From assembly GCF_018977255.1 (NCBI RefSeq), contig NW_024704764.1, forward strand, positions 868,001-932,000: a DNA stretch of 64,000 nt. Direction: 5' to 3'. The stretch is from Callorhinchus milii. Lineage: Eukaryota. Below, in pieces: positions 25,455 through 38,140 of the stretch. The translations under genes were made by a program, and so were the position numbers. The notes beneath the pieces were generated by a model. That model made no database searches. It was not told where the DNA came from and saw nothing but the letters and a program-made list of their open reading frames with translations. Positions within the stretch are counted from its first letter, which is position 1, and each line of letters opens with the position of its first letter.

Positions 25455-26010
25455 CATTGTGACGCTGACGCACGCTATCATCATGTCCAAGTTTGACTAC
25501 GCCAAATGCTCTGCTCTTCTTCAGTTCTTACCTACACAAGCTGTAGACTACACAGGATTCTGCAGCCCATGTCCTGTACCAGGCTCTGCGAGTCTAACAC
25601 CGCCCTCCCCCCCTCACTCATTTCCATGGTTCCCCATGCCTTAGCAAATGGAGTTTAAGATCCTCGTTCTTACATTCAAATACCTCCACAGTCTCGCCCA
25701 CCTAACCTCCGCAGCTTCCTTCAACCACACCTGGCTGCTCTCTTTGCTCAGCTTGTATTGCTTCATGTCTCACACCCTATCTGCCCATCACCAGTGGTCT
25801 TTTCGACATTCTGCACCTAATCTGGAATTCCCTCCAACTTGCTCCCTCCCCTCATTCAAGGTCTCAAAACAGACCCGTGTAACCATGTTTTGGTCATCTT
25901 TCCTCTTCCCAGCCCCCTCAGCATTCACCTCCAGCTCAGGTGTTCATCCACTATTAGGCGCTTCGAGATGTCCTATGACTACAGTCTCTTTCATTCATCT
26001 AATAAATGCA
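25455..26010 (+). mobile_element. Decayed L2 3' fragment
   Basis: Remnants TLTHAIIMSKFDYA and EFKILVLTFKYLHSLA. Confidence 0.8.
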
Positions 26011-26544
26011 CAAGTACTTTTATACTTAATATTTTGCATCGACTCCCATGTTTACTTCTACATCAATGGGATAAGTAGTCTCTGAAAGTGTGAAGGTTGT
26101 GTAAGGGTGGGGGCTCAAAATGTGCCAGTGCCTCCTTCACACCACATTCCAGAACCGCAAGATAAAAGTAACACAACTTCACAGATTTGATTCAGCAGAG
26201 TGGGGGTTAATGAAACAATGTGTTCACTAAAACTAAGACTTTCCTGAAATTAAATTTATTTCACTAGAGAAAATATGCTTAATATTCACAGAACAATGCC
26301 TAACAGTGTAATACTGAATCTAAACAACGTGCCAGATATAAAAGACCATCTGCTGTAGCTTGATAGCAGATTGCGATAAATGTGCCAACTCTTATTAAAT
26401 ATAGTAAAGAAAGGTGGTTGACTGCAATAGACAATGTCGCCCAATCCAGCAGAGGCAAGTGATGCAGCTCATGTTTGCATTCCCCACAAAAGAACACATT
26501 AAATGTTGGTGAACTTAAAATATCCATATCAATCAAGCAGCACT

Positions 26545-26885
26545 GTGGCCTCTGAGTCAGAAAATAGTGGTTTAAGTCCAACATCAGGATTTGAGCTCAC
26601 AATTCAGGAAGCCCAGTATGCTACTGAGGCAGCACATGGCAAGAGATGCTGTGCTTCTGATTAGAAGTTGTAATCTTCAGTGAGCGTTGCTTGCCAATAC
26701 ACTAACCTCACTCAAAATATTCATCACAAATCAGATTAAACGTTGTCTTTCATTTTATTGTTGTGTGGGGAGTATTGCTGGTGCAGATTACCTACTGCTT
26801 TTGCCTAAATACCTTTAATTGAACCCATTGTGTGAAGCACTTTGCAAAGTTTTAGTGTGCTAAGGTGCTGTAACAAATGCAATAC
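26545..26885 (+). mobile_element. Decayed Deu-domain SINE
   Basis: gcctctgagtcagaa head; gtgaagcactttg...gctgtaacaaatgcaa tail. Confidence 0.6.
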
Positions 26886-27329
26886 TATACTTATTTAAGT
26901 ATTATTTATTGATTTAGTTCATTAATTATTGTAATTACTGAGTTGGGCAATAGTGCAGGATGGCACATCTTGTTGAAGCTCCAAACAAACTATGCTGCAG
27001 AGCAGTAATACATAGGGCTCTCCTGTGACTCTCAGGCTTGTTTTAGCAGAGAATATTTATGCAGATGACTTATCTGCACTCCTGACTAAGGGACTGCATA
27101 AAGCACAGTCACACCCTGAAAAGGGGAGAAAACATTCTTGGCGAGAAAAAAATACAAGTAAAATGCATTGAGGGAACAGCACACAAACCGGTGCTCTTTT
27201 CAGTATGGAATTCATGCATTTAACTAAAAAACAGGTACCAGATATTGGGGTCTGGTTTTGAATGTAATCTTGTGCCAGACTGAAGGATTTTCTTTTCTAA
27301 AGGATCAAAATAAAAGCATTAGATGTCAA

Positions 27330-27670
27330 TGCTCTGAATCAGAAGATTGTGGGCTCAAGCCTCACGTCAGGACTTTGAGCTCTGACTAAACTGATATCGA
27401 ATGCGGTGGGCTGCATTATTGGAGGTGGCTTTGAATGAGCTGATAAACTAAGCCTATTCAGGTTAAAGATCCCATGGCACTCTTCGAAAAGTGAAGGGAG
27501 TTTGTCCTGGAATCCACCAACAATCCAACAAATAAAATTGATCATTCACTTCATGGCTGTTTGTGGGACACTGCTGTGCACAAATTCACTGGAGTGTTCA
27601 CCTACAAAATACAGTCACTATACAATACAGTAAATCCTTTGAAGCACATTAGAGTCATCCAACCAAAGTG
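27330..27670 (+). mobile_element. Deu-domain SINE (SacSINE1-like)
   Basis: ctctgaatcagaagattgtgggctcaagcc head; gttaaagatcccatggcactcttcgaa core. Confidence 0.75.
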
Positions 27671-28790
27671 AAAAGCTCGTGAAATGGATTACTTTTTTAA
27701 AAAATGTTTTGACCATTTTTACTCATACCCCGGCAATACAGTTGGAAGCGAAGAGCTATCAAAAGATTAGGAACTGAGAAACCTGATTTAGACATCCCTA
27801 ATGGCATTAGATGGGCTGAGCAGAATTCTGTGTGTGGAAACTAAGCATCAGTAGAACACTGATCTCAGTCATTCGTTTTTCATTTTAATAACATTGAAGA
27901 ACTTTCTTCAAAAATACTTGGCCTGGCAATTGGTGCCCCAAGTATTTCTGAGCAGAAGCAATTTCAGATCACATTCACTGTATTTATACGGCAGCGTTGA
28001 GAATCAATAGTCCAAATCCACCATCGCAATTCTCTTTCAGATCATGTTGCTCGACGAAGAATATCTACAGTTCTACAACTGCAATCCCCACAACTGGGCA
28101 TCAAACAGTGCACAGAAAACCTACCCATATTGTGCCTTCTTGAATGAAGTGGAGCTGTTGCTGCTGGAATGTGAGTACATTTCTGTTACACACAAAAAAT
28201 TAACCGTGGTTGAATGAACAGATGTTTGCTTCCATGGCAACAAGCAAATGCTGCTATTTTGTTGTTCCAGAAGTTTCTTGTACATTAAGTCACTGCACCA
28301 TTCAGCAGATACCTTTCTATCAAATGTAGGTCTGTTATTAAAAATACGCAGGCTGTAAGTGGAAATCACCTTCTTCCTCTCTGCTTCCCCTCTCCCCTGA
28401 TCACACAGGAAAAAATTACAATGCTGAATAATTTTACGATTAAGAAATCTGAAAATTATTTGGTGTATTTTCTGAATAAACTCAGGATAATTTCTCATTT
28501 TATTGTTCGTCTATATACGATGTTTGTTAGAAAGGGTGGGTGTGGGGTGCCTTTAGTGTGGTTGTGCCACATTGAGTCAGTGCATGTGTTTGTAACTATC
28601 ATTCTCCTGAAATCAAGCTCTTGGTTTTGTCTTACACTGAGGGCGAGGTTCAGAGCTGGGACAGGACCTCTTCTTCGCATAGAGTCCTCCTTGGGTACCC
28701 TTTTTTGCAAAGGATGACAGAGCTCACAGGGACATCATTTCAATAAGCACCGCAAATCAAAACAGAAAGGGGAACGGATTTATATATCAT

Positions 28791-29209
28791 GGAGTCCTGT
28801 AGCTTAGTAGTTAGAGCACTCGCCTTCCAAGCGAGAGGACCTGGGTTCGATTCCCTGCAGGGCAACACGTTAGGCAAGTTTCCTTACTCCACATGCCTTT
28901 GTTTACCTAGCAGTAAGTAGGAACCCGGTTGTTAGTCGAATGGCGGATCTCTTTTCCGGGGGTAATAATTCTTCCAAAACAAATTTTAAAATAATTTGGT
29001 CACTCAATCCATGAATGTTTGTGGGACACTGCTGTGCGCAACTGGCTGCCATGTTTCATCCACAAAATACACAGTCAATCCAATTTACAAAATAATAATA
29101 ATAATAATCCTTTCATTTGATATAGCCCAATATATCCTGTGAAGCGCTTTGAGACGTTTCAATGACGTGATACGGCGCTATATCTAATGCAAGGATGGTT
29201 ATTATTATT
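28791..29209 (+). mobile_element. Near full-length young tRNA-derived SINE with L2-type tail
   Basis: Pol III A box tagcttagtagttaga, B box gggttcgattccc, body tgtttacctagcagtaagtagg, (tta)n tail; close copy at 61523. Confidence 0.92.
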
Positions 29210-29964
29210 AAAGAGCCAATCTCCCAACCAGTTCTTTAAAAGTCAAATCCTATTAAGGTTTCATCAGGGAGGAATGGTTAAAGGATCATCTTTGAGCATG
29301 GAACAAATCGATTTGCATCCCCTGTATTTATACTACAGCGGTGTGAATCAGCCCGCTGCCAAATCCACTTCTCTAAACTCCTCAAAGTGCTCTTGGCAGC
29401 CAGGCTTCAGCATCAATCGCTTTCACATCGCGAAACAAACAACATTTATATTGATTTTTTCACAATTAAAAGTGCAGTATAAATTGGCCATCATTTATAA
29501 CTGATGCTGTGCCATGTGATTCAATCCATTCTTTCATAGTTTCTCTGTTCACTTGTACTGTGTGTTATATGCTGATAGTAAAATGTTTTTGGTTGTGTAC
29601 ATCTTACTGCCCATTCCTGCACCTGTGAAACACGAGAAGCAGCTATTCACTCTTAGCTATCGCTATGTAGGGTAATCACATCTCAATGCCAAATCCTGTA
29701 TCAAGCTTATCATAATGTCCTTTCACTGTGCAGTCCATCAACACTTTTCATCTCCATTGGAAAATCAGGACATTAACCTTGGATGATTTCAAGGCTAAAG
29801 TTGGCATTTGTATATGATTGAGTTTCAACAGAACAGTTTGTGGGTTTACCCAACTCAGTCAAGGGATCCATCATTCCATATATGAACCACCTGAACCTCT
29901 CAATTAGATTCCAGTGCTTTCTGTACCTTGTCCGAGGTACTTTCATTTATGCGTGACCCTTGAT

Positions 29965-30310
29965 TTTTCCTTGGTCTTGCTCCCCCCTATCTCTGTGACC
30001 TTATAAAATCATTCTAACCTACTCGCTCCATTTGGTCGGCAGGCACTGCTCTGTTTCATGTCCCCCGGCTTACCCAACCCCACCGTTGGCAGTCAGGTCT
30101 TCAGGCTTTCTACCCATTCTCTGGAACTCTGTCCTGGAGTGCCTTTGCCTTGCCCTCTTCCCTTGCCTTCCTCAAGGTCCATCTCAAGATCTTCCTCTTT
30201 GACCAACTTCCGGGCATCTTACACACCCCTCCCGAATCCAAATCCTTGATTATCCACTGCCTCAAGATACACTTCTGACTTGAAAAGTGCTATATAAATC
30301 CAATTTGTTG
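29965..30310 (+). mobile_element. Decayed L2 3' fragment
   Basis: cttgctcccccctatctctgtgacc...gtgctatataaatccaatttgttg. Confidence 0.75.
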
Positions 30311-32939
30311 ATGTAGACACAATAGTGAATGTCAACAGGAAGGACATTTGACTATTGGAGGAAGGAGCCGCACAGCCAAGCCTAAACCTAACATCACCTG
30401 ACATGTATACAGACACACATATACATCCCTTTTGGCAGGTGTCACTGAAGGGAACACTAGATGTATTTTCCCCTCTCTAACCCAAGGCCCTATAGTCAAT
30501 TAAATTCCCTGCTAATATCTTCCATAAAACAACTAACTTAGCACCAAACAGTTATTAAACCTGTGACCATAGACTACATGAAATCAGATACAAACTGAAT
30601 GTACTCAATGAACAATGATGGTAACCACTCATTCAACCTTGTTGATTAAATAGAGAGAGCAAACATGGACTGAAAGGAATTTTAGCGCTGGAATTAAACC
30701 CAGTGGAGATGATAGGGTTAACTGTCCTTTTTTTCTGGCTCCACTATTCTCTGTCCTTTGCTTCCTGCAGTTAGTTGAACTTGTACTCGGAGTTCATTTC
30801 CTGCTATTGATTACTTTTTACAAAAAGAATGGCAAAAGAAGACTGCTCTTTTGAAAGCTTAATTGAACAAGTTAAAACTTGACCGAGTTCATAAGTTAAA
30901 TAAGCCTTGCAGGATTTCATTCCTGGTCAGTTTAAATTGATTTAACGCAATATTTCCAATCAATATTGTGCTCAGAATAAGTCATTAAAGAGGCTTTAAA
31001 AAGAGAGGGTATAAAATAAAAGTGTTTAGATTAGATGAGAAGAGAAGCTGGTATTTTCAAAGCCTCCTGCAGGCAGCAAGGTCCACTCTTGACCTAACGT
31101 TAGACACAACCTGCACTTCAAAGGACAACATCATAATTACTCTCTCCTGACCTTCAATGCGCTTGACACTACTGTAATGTTGTCAGTGCTTTAATTTTCT
31201 GGATGAAAGTTATCTTTAAACAAGGATAAAGCTTGCCACCACTTTTGCCTAATGCAGATAAAAGCCTCATACATCACAGAGGATAAGTGATTTATCTGAC
31301 TATGTCATTCTGTCCACACAACGTCCAGTATATGCAGGTTTTTATCACAGCAACAAACAAAGGGTTCAGCCACCTGTGAAATACACAGGCTATGGTCCCT
31401 GTGTTAAACTTTACTTTCACTCCTGCTTAATGAGAAAAGTTGAACTCATTCAGTATCCCAATTAATATAAGCAGAGTGCACACATCGGACAACTCGGACA
31501 ACTGAGCGCCACCTTGGGCTTTTGATTGGAGACCTCATTAATACATTGCTAACGACTTTTGATATACTGGATCTGCGGCCAGACATTCAGAAAGCTTCCA
31601 TGATATATTCATTTGGCTACATAAATATTTTGACTTTTGCTTGACAAATGGTGAAATAAAACAAACCGATTTGTCAACTTCATAAACTGGAGCATTCAGC
31701 CCACCATGCTTAAAGCCATGGTGGCTCTCCAACGGAGGGATCTACTTTAATTCCATTTCCCCAAATTCTTTTATATCTTCATTCTTCAAGCATCTATCTA
31801 ATTCTCAAAGGTGCTATACAAGTTCAAATTGTTGTTAAATTATGTAATTGACTCTTAACTTTAATGTCACGCCCAATAACTCGCTCTGCATGCTAATAAC
31901 CAAGGAACAGGCAAGTGCTATTAAAATGCTTGTGAATGAATGCATTTGAGTTTGCCCAACATTCTTATCTGAAGTGTAGAATCGCAAATGATCTGCTGAC
32001 GTACTTATGCTGTGTGTATTAATGGGAGCTGCAGTATTGCTTGCATACTATGAGAAATATTTAACTCACCACCTAAGGAAACACACAAAGCTTTTACTGT
32101 GATGCTGGATCATTAAGCCTAGTCTCCTAAACAATAGTCTTGGTCTGGTGAACATAGCTGTGCTAAAAGCCAGTCAGATTGTTGCAGTATTTTTAGAGGA
32201 ATCTTTACAAAAATATATCTAAAAAAATTAATCATCTTGGATACCCCGTTGTAGTCCAACAATTTCTCAAGGTGAGCCACCAATCTCCTCGATCTCACAT
32301 GGTCTTGGGTTATTAAGCACAAAGGGCTTTTGTGTTCATAGACCCATCCTCCAACTTCCATTTGGTCGACCTCGAAATGCAAATATTGCTAATATTTGTG
32401 TGGCAAAAGTGTTTCCCTGCGTGAGCACAATTCTCACTATAAAATAGCACAAGCAATGATTAGAGAGCCTGCTTGCACTTTGAGGTTGCGATGCCCAAAT
32501 TTAAATATTTTCAACTCATTTATTTTTTCTTTCAGGCAGAAGCACAAAATACTGACTGTCAATCGCCTAGAATTCAGAAGGTCACATGCAGCTCTGTAAA
32601 AGAAACTAGTTATTAAAGCAAACTAGCTCAACTGCCTGACACCACACTGGAATTTTTTGTTCCACAGGGCTAGTATTTCATGTATTGTTGCAGGCTCTTA
32701 GCACAGTAAATGTTTTGGAGTTATCATCAATCCCAGGAAGCATGGTCTTTGGTTTAAAATTAGCATATAACGCATTATACTGTTTTTAAATATGTTTAAT
32801 TTGAATCTTCTCTTCTGGAGGCTGACGAGTGCTGGATTACAGTTACAAAAGTGCTGGCTGCCCTCTGTGACAATTCTTCTATGATTCTGGTCAGTGAGCT
32901 TTGGCAGATTACTTGACTGTAGAAATCATCACAGTCAGT

Positions 32940-33150
32940 CCAGATTCTATCTTCAATTGACATCCACACACCTGAGCAGTTCTGGCTGATTTACCTCTTT
33001 CTAACCTGAGGAGAGATAGGCTAATTGTGAAACCCATATCCACTGCTGCCCTCGGAGCGGTCAGCAAACTCAGCTCAAAGCTGGAATCTCTGAAACTGTA
33101 TGACTCAGTAGCACCCCACTCAGAGCATTTGCCCACTGAGGCATCAGGGT
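32940..33150 (-). mobile_element. Ancient SINE-like repeat, 5' part
   Basis: ctgtatgactcagtagcacc...gcccactgaggcatcaggg is the reverse complement of the head seen at 37960 and 55335. Confidence 0.55.
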
Positions 33151-35351
33151 AAAACAACAACTGGCATTTATTTAGTGCCCCTCACACAGGTCAGCGTCCC
33201 AGAGCGCTTGACAATGGTGGAGCACGACCCAGCAGACTATTTGCTGAGATTCACAACTGGATGGTAAGAAAGGAGTGTATGACATGCTATCGACACGTCC
33301 CACTCTTTGAGGAGGTGCATGCTCTCTATCTCTTTTTTTGTTGGTTCCAGAGCAACATTGCCCAAAGAGAATCATGCTTCCCAAGCCAGCTGGTTTAAGC
33401 TTTAGCAATAACCTAAATTATATTTATTTTGTTTCTCCCTGGGCAAAAATGACATCTGCACCAAAAAGATAAAGGGAGAGGATGCTCTGAGGTTCCTGCC
33501 AATGACCTGCAACCAATGTATTTGGTATCTCATTATAAATGGCTGAGATTGGGAAACCACTATACAGGGAATCTTAAACCAGAGACAGAAAACTGTATTC
33601 ACGCTTAAAGCTGATGTGTTTCACAAAGCACCAAAAATAATCAAATCAATTCTTTCCAATAACAAACCAGTAGGAATACTCTTTCACTAGGGATGATCTG
33701 TGGTAAATTAGCCAGGAGAGAAGGTGGCAGGTGAGACTATTAATAGATCCTACACCTATCTTTTATTCATAACTACCCCGGAAATAAGAAGTCTTTCAGC
33801 AGGAGCTAAAATGCTCTGGGTGCAGCTGTAAAGTTCTCACGTATCTCGTGCAGAAGCTGCTCCTGTTTCCTCATTTGAATCAACACTCTGCTTCTGTCCA
33901 GTACTTCAGTACAGCAAATGTGTAGGGGTCTGTCATCTGATAGAGTTTGGTGCACATCGGTTTCAAAATTAAAGCCAGAGAGGTGAGAAGGTTTTGCAGG
34001 TTAAACATCATTTTGAATTAATTAATTGGTAAATTGTGCTTCTCATTTCCCAATGCTGTCTGTAAACATTTTCTGAGTATATACAATGCAGTTCAAGTTG
34101 TAAATTATTTCTAGCTCTCTCGGACTGGATGGAATGTTCAGAGAGACTTGTAAAGGAGTACCTTTCCCAGTAAGAGCCGTTTAGCAAACTGAAAGGTCCT
34201 TTGGGCAGGTAAGAACCTTCAGAGATCATCACAACTAGACTTGATCCTGCACTCAGCAAACATCCACACACACAAGAGCCACAGAAAATAGTGATGAAGA
34301 TCTCGTACCCTGACTGATTCTTCTCCTCCCTAGTCTTATGTACATCAAAAACATCATCTGATTTAAGCACTCCGAGATGTTACTCTGTGTGAAGGGTGCT
34401 AATGAATGCAAGTTATTGTTGTTATTTACATTCCTCATTGTTCCAGATGTGCCATCCCCAAATCCCTTGGTGCTAAAAACAATCAAATGTTCTCAGTCAC
34501 TGAACTCCCAACATCAATTCCTTACCATCATCAGGATGACCTCCCAAAGTGCTTAACAGTACTGTCTCGGCACCTGAGCTGAGGATGGGAGCTGAGAAGG
34601 GTAGTGAGTCGCAAGATGACTGAAAGCACGCTCAAAGAAGTAGGTCTCAAGATGGACCTCAAACCAGGTGAGTGAGTCAGAGGTATTCCGGGATGGAACT
34701 ACAGAGAGCATGGGCGGAAAAAAATCTTTCAAAGTACACAATCACTAATAGCCATTGGACAACTCGTGGTCCCTGAAGAAATCCAAACCTAACATGGCAA
34801 ATAGCTGACAAAACAGTGTCAGAAACCACACATAATGAAATTCCTTTAATTCAGTAACAGACATCCTTCTAAAAGCTTCACACGTCTGCTATATGAAGGT
34901 CTAAAGATAGGTTTCTGAATTTATTCCCATTTTAATTGAGAGTAATAGCCAAAGGGCTAAACAATGTCTCACACAAAAATTGAGAAATATTTTTATTTGT
35001 GGGGGAGTTGGGGGGGGCAGAGAGAGCATAACTGAAATGGGCAACAACAGGGAAGAAACAGATGCTAGCATTATTAAAGAGGTATCATCACTGTTTTGGA
35101 ACAGACATTCACATTCTGATGATGATAATAATAAGCTGCAGGCCCAATGACATTTCTCCAGTCTAAATGATGTCATGCTATTGCATGTTTATCGGGGAAG
35201 AAAAAAAGACTTTTCAGCACCTTCAATACTAACAAAGTGGATGATTCCAGTGTTAGTTCCTCACAGTATTTGGCCTCTGGTTGGAAGAGGCATTGCTATG
35301 AAGAGTTAAATACAATCAGCTGGCTGCTTCTGTGAAACAAAACCTGATAAC

Positions 35352-35385
35352 TGTCGTTTCCACTTTCCTCCACCAGGCAGCAGTG
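35352..35385 (+). promoter_or_regulatory. Weaker candidate CTCF site
   Basis: CCACCAGGCAGCAGT (2 core mismatches) with TGTCGT at the U-motif spacing. Confidence 0.35.
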
Positions 35386-35879
35386 TAAGCCTAGATTTGT
35401 TTGACTTGAAGGAACAGCAGTCTAGTCTTTTATTTCAATTCAAATGAGAAACACCCCTTTTTGTCACCCAATACATATGCAAATATACGACTTCAAACAG
35501 TTTTAAAAGAGTTGCTTTCCCAAAGACATCAGGTTAAACAAAGATAAATGGCTTATGAATGAGGTAGATTAGCCAGGAGACCTCCAGGTAGCTGGGTGAA
35601 CCGCCCCCTCTCCACAAGTAACTTTAAACGAAGAGATTAATTCTAAAGAAATGCAAATGAAAACAATTGGCTGCTTCCTGTGAACCAGCTTTGAACTCAC
35701 TTCATCTTAGGTTTTCTTCCTTTTGCACATTCTTCCTCTTTAAAATTGCAAGGCTTTTTTTTAGTTTTCAAATATATTTTGTGTTGATCGGAATTCTTTA
35801 AAAGTAACTAAATGCACAGAAGGAGGTCATGTTCTATCTTCCCACCATCCAAAAATAACGAGCATTGTAAAGAGCTTTA

Positions 35880-36100
35880 TGGTGCTGATTTAGGTGATCT
35901 CAGCTCATGCAGTTTGCAATTGGCCTCACTGACCTGGGGGAAAATCAGGGTTTTACTGCTGCAATCCAGAGACTCTACTGGATAATGTGCATCTGTGGAT
36001 GTCAGATGAAGACAGGATCATGCTGAATCGACTGCTGACACTCCCTGTGTCTGGGGTTACACCTGAAGAATGTCACGTGGGTGAGGTACTGGTAGTTGCC
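35880..36100 (+). mobile_element. Ancient SINE-like repeat
   Basis: gtgctgatttaggtgatctcagc...caattggcctca...aaaatcaggg...ggtgaggtactgg. Confidence 0.65.
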
Positions 36101-36759
36101 CAGGGCCCAATCAATCTGTCACAACACAGTGATTACTGGAGAATTTTTTTGAAAAAAGGAAAAATATTCAAAAAATCAAACATTTGAAGAGGAAAATGAA
36201 AAGCGATAAGTTAAGAAGATTTAAAAATGCTGACAACAGTGAGTTGGGCAGTGCATTCAAACACTAGCGTGCGGTGTTGCAGCAGTAAAGGAAGAAATGT
36301 TCATTCCTCTTCTCCGCTGGGTTCTGGATTTCAGCCACACCGTGGTGTGTGTGTGTATATGGGGGAGGGGGGCAAGCAGGTATGACTCTCCTTATCATAC
36401 CAGCGTTGACAGAGGAACACGTCAGCTACAGGTTGTGTACAACTGGTGGATGGCAAGTTTGCTTTGTATATCTATGTTCCCCACGACATCTTCTTTCTAA
36501 TCCAATGCTTCAATCACTTACTTCCTCTATTCAATCAAGCCAACTCAACTCCCCCATCCCAACACATACACGATTCATTGGACATGCCAATATGCAGAAG
36601 TTCAGTACCGGATTGCAAAAACACCATCTTATCTGTTTTCTTTGTGTTGCCTGCAGAGCTTGGATTTTGCAGTATTTTAAAGAAACGATGTTCTCTCTGT
36701 GTCACGTGACAGTAGCAATACTTTAAAACGGATTTCTTTCTTGATGTCGGCTGGGCCAG

Positions 36760-36970
36760 CAGTAGGCGCTACAATGGGCCTCTGGGTTACGGATGTGAAA
36801 ATCAGCCATGGTTTCTTTCCACTCCTGATCACTGTTGAATGAGCCCTGCCGGGAAAATGCTTCTGTACACAGGATCAGGCTCAGCTCAGATACTCCTTCT
36901 CTCCTGCCAACACTCACAGTCACGGCTCATATGGGTATAATGGCCACTTGGCCAAGGTACTGGAGGACGT
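36760..36970 (+). mobile_element. Ancient SINE-like repeat
   Basis: gcgctacaatgggcctc...aaaatcagccatgg...ggccaaggtactggag. Confidence 0.6.
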
Positions 36971-37959
36971 GTTAGTAGAAGAAAAAATCAAAGAGTGGGA
37001 AACTAAAAATCAATATTTATTTTGATGAAACAGAACAGAGGGGCGCCAGTCGGTTGCAACTGTGCAGCTCAACATGTGGAGTTCCCAGATGGTGAGTTTT
37101 CAACCTTACCAGGCTTCTAAAAATTAGCAACAGCCACACTGCAGTCAAATATGCCAGCCCATTTTTTGAGATCACTTTGTTAAAAATAATTCAGGCCTTC
37201 CTGTGAAGAAATATGGAAATGGTTCCTTAAAAAGAAATAAATATGAAAATGAAAGGAATACATGTTAATTAAATTAAGCAGGCGAGCTCTAGCGAAAGTG
37301 AACTAATAACACTGGAGATAAGCGTGTGGGTTTTAGAATCACTCACTAATTATGCTAATGGTCCATAAAGTTCATTTTGAATTTCATCTTCTCTTTACTT
37401 TGCTAATTGATTTCTATCCTTTAATTTCTTGTTTTTATTTCTTTCTCTTGGTTGCTTCCTGATAGCTCATAATTATCAACTGCCTCCAGCCTGGAGAACT
37501 CCACTTGCACAAGTCCGTCTATTTCTTCCCATCCTGGGGGTTGAAGGTGAAAGTCACTGCACTATCTGAGAAAATTAGAAACCTGCTCATTTCTCCTCCA
37601 CTTAGAAAAGGTAGATTACTGAGTTTTTAACACTTCCATTTTCATCTCCTGCCAGGGATCATAAAACTGGTCAACAAGCAATTAATGGGAATGAATTGAA
37701 TCTCTTCTCTGCCTTCAGGAATAGATCACTTGCCTGTCGTTCTAACATAAGGTATTGCAACTCATCTGTATCTGAAAGGTGCCAGTTCCAGTGAGGAGGG
37801 CACGCTGAGACCGAGTGTCAACTACTCGGCTACCTCACCAGCGTCTCCTAAACCTCACTGGGTTCCGCGGTAAATTTGAATATCTGCATCCAAACGAGCA
37901 AATCACAATTCTAAATCACGCAGTCATTTTATGAAAAGGTAATAGGCTCCACCAATGGG

Positions 37960-38140
37960 TAGGCCAGTTAACTTAGTGAGTAGCAAAGCCATACAGACCA
38001 GGAAGGTTACAGGTTTGATTTCCAGTCAATGCTTTTTTGAGATAGCTGATCTCAGCTGGAGCAACACTTGGCTGAGTTATCAGTGGACCTCAACATGAGT
38101 CATTCAGATGAACATGGGGGAAAATTGGAACGCTTCCTGG
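37960..38140 (+). mobile_element. Ancient SINE-like repeat, head
   Basis: gccatacagaccaggaaggttacaggtttgattt (B-box-like)...agctgatctcagctgg. Confidence 0.6.

Noticed and set aside
28791-28865. tRNA-like sequence (also at 61523)
   Set aside because: Continues into SINE body and tail; a SINE head, not a tRNA gene.
37030-37050. CTCF-like CAGAGGGGCGCC
   Set aside because: G-run spacing and 5' half do not fit the core consensus.
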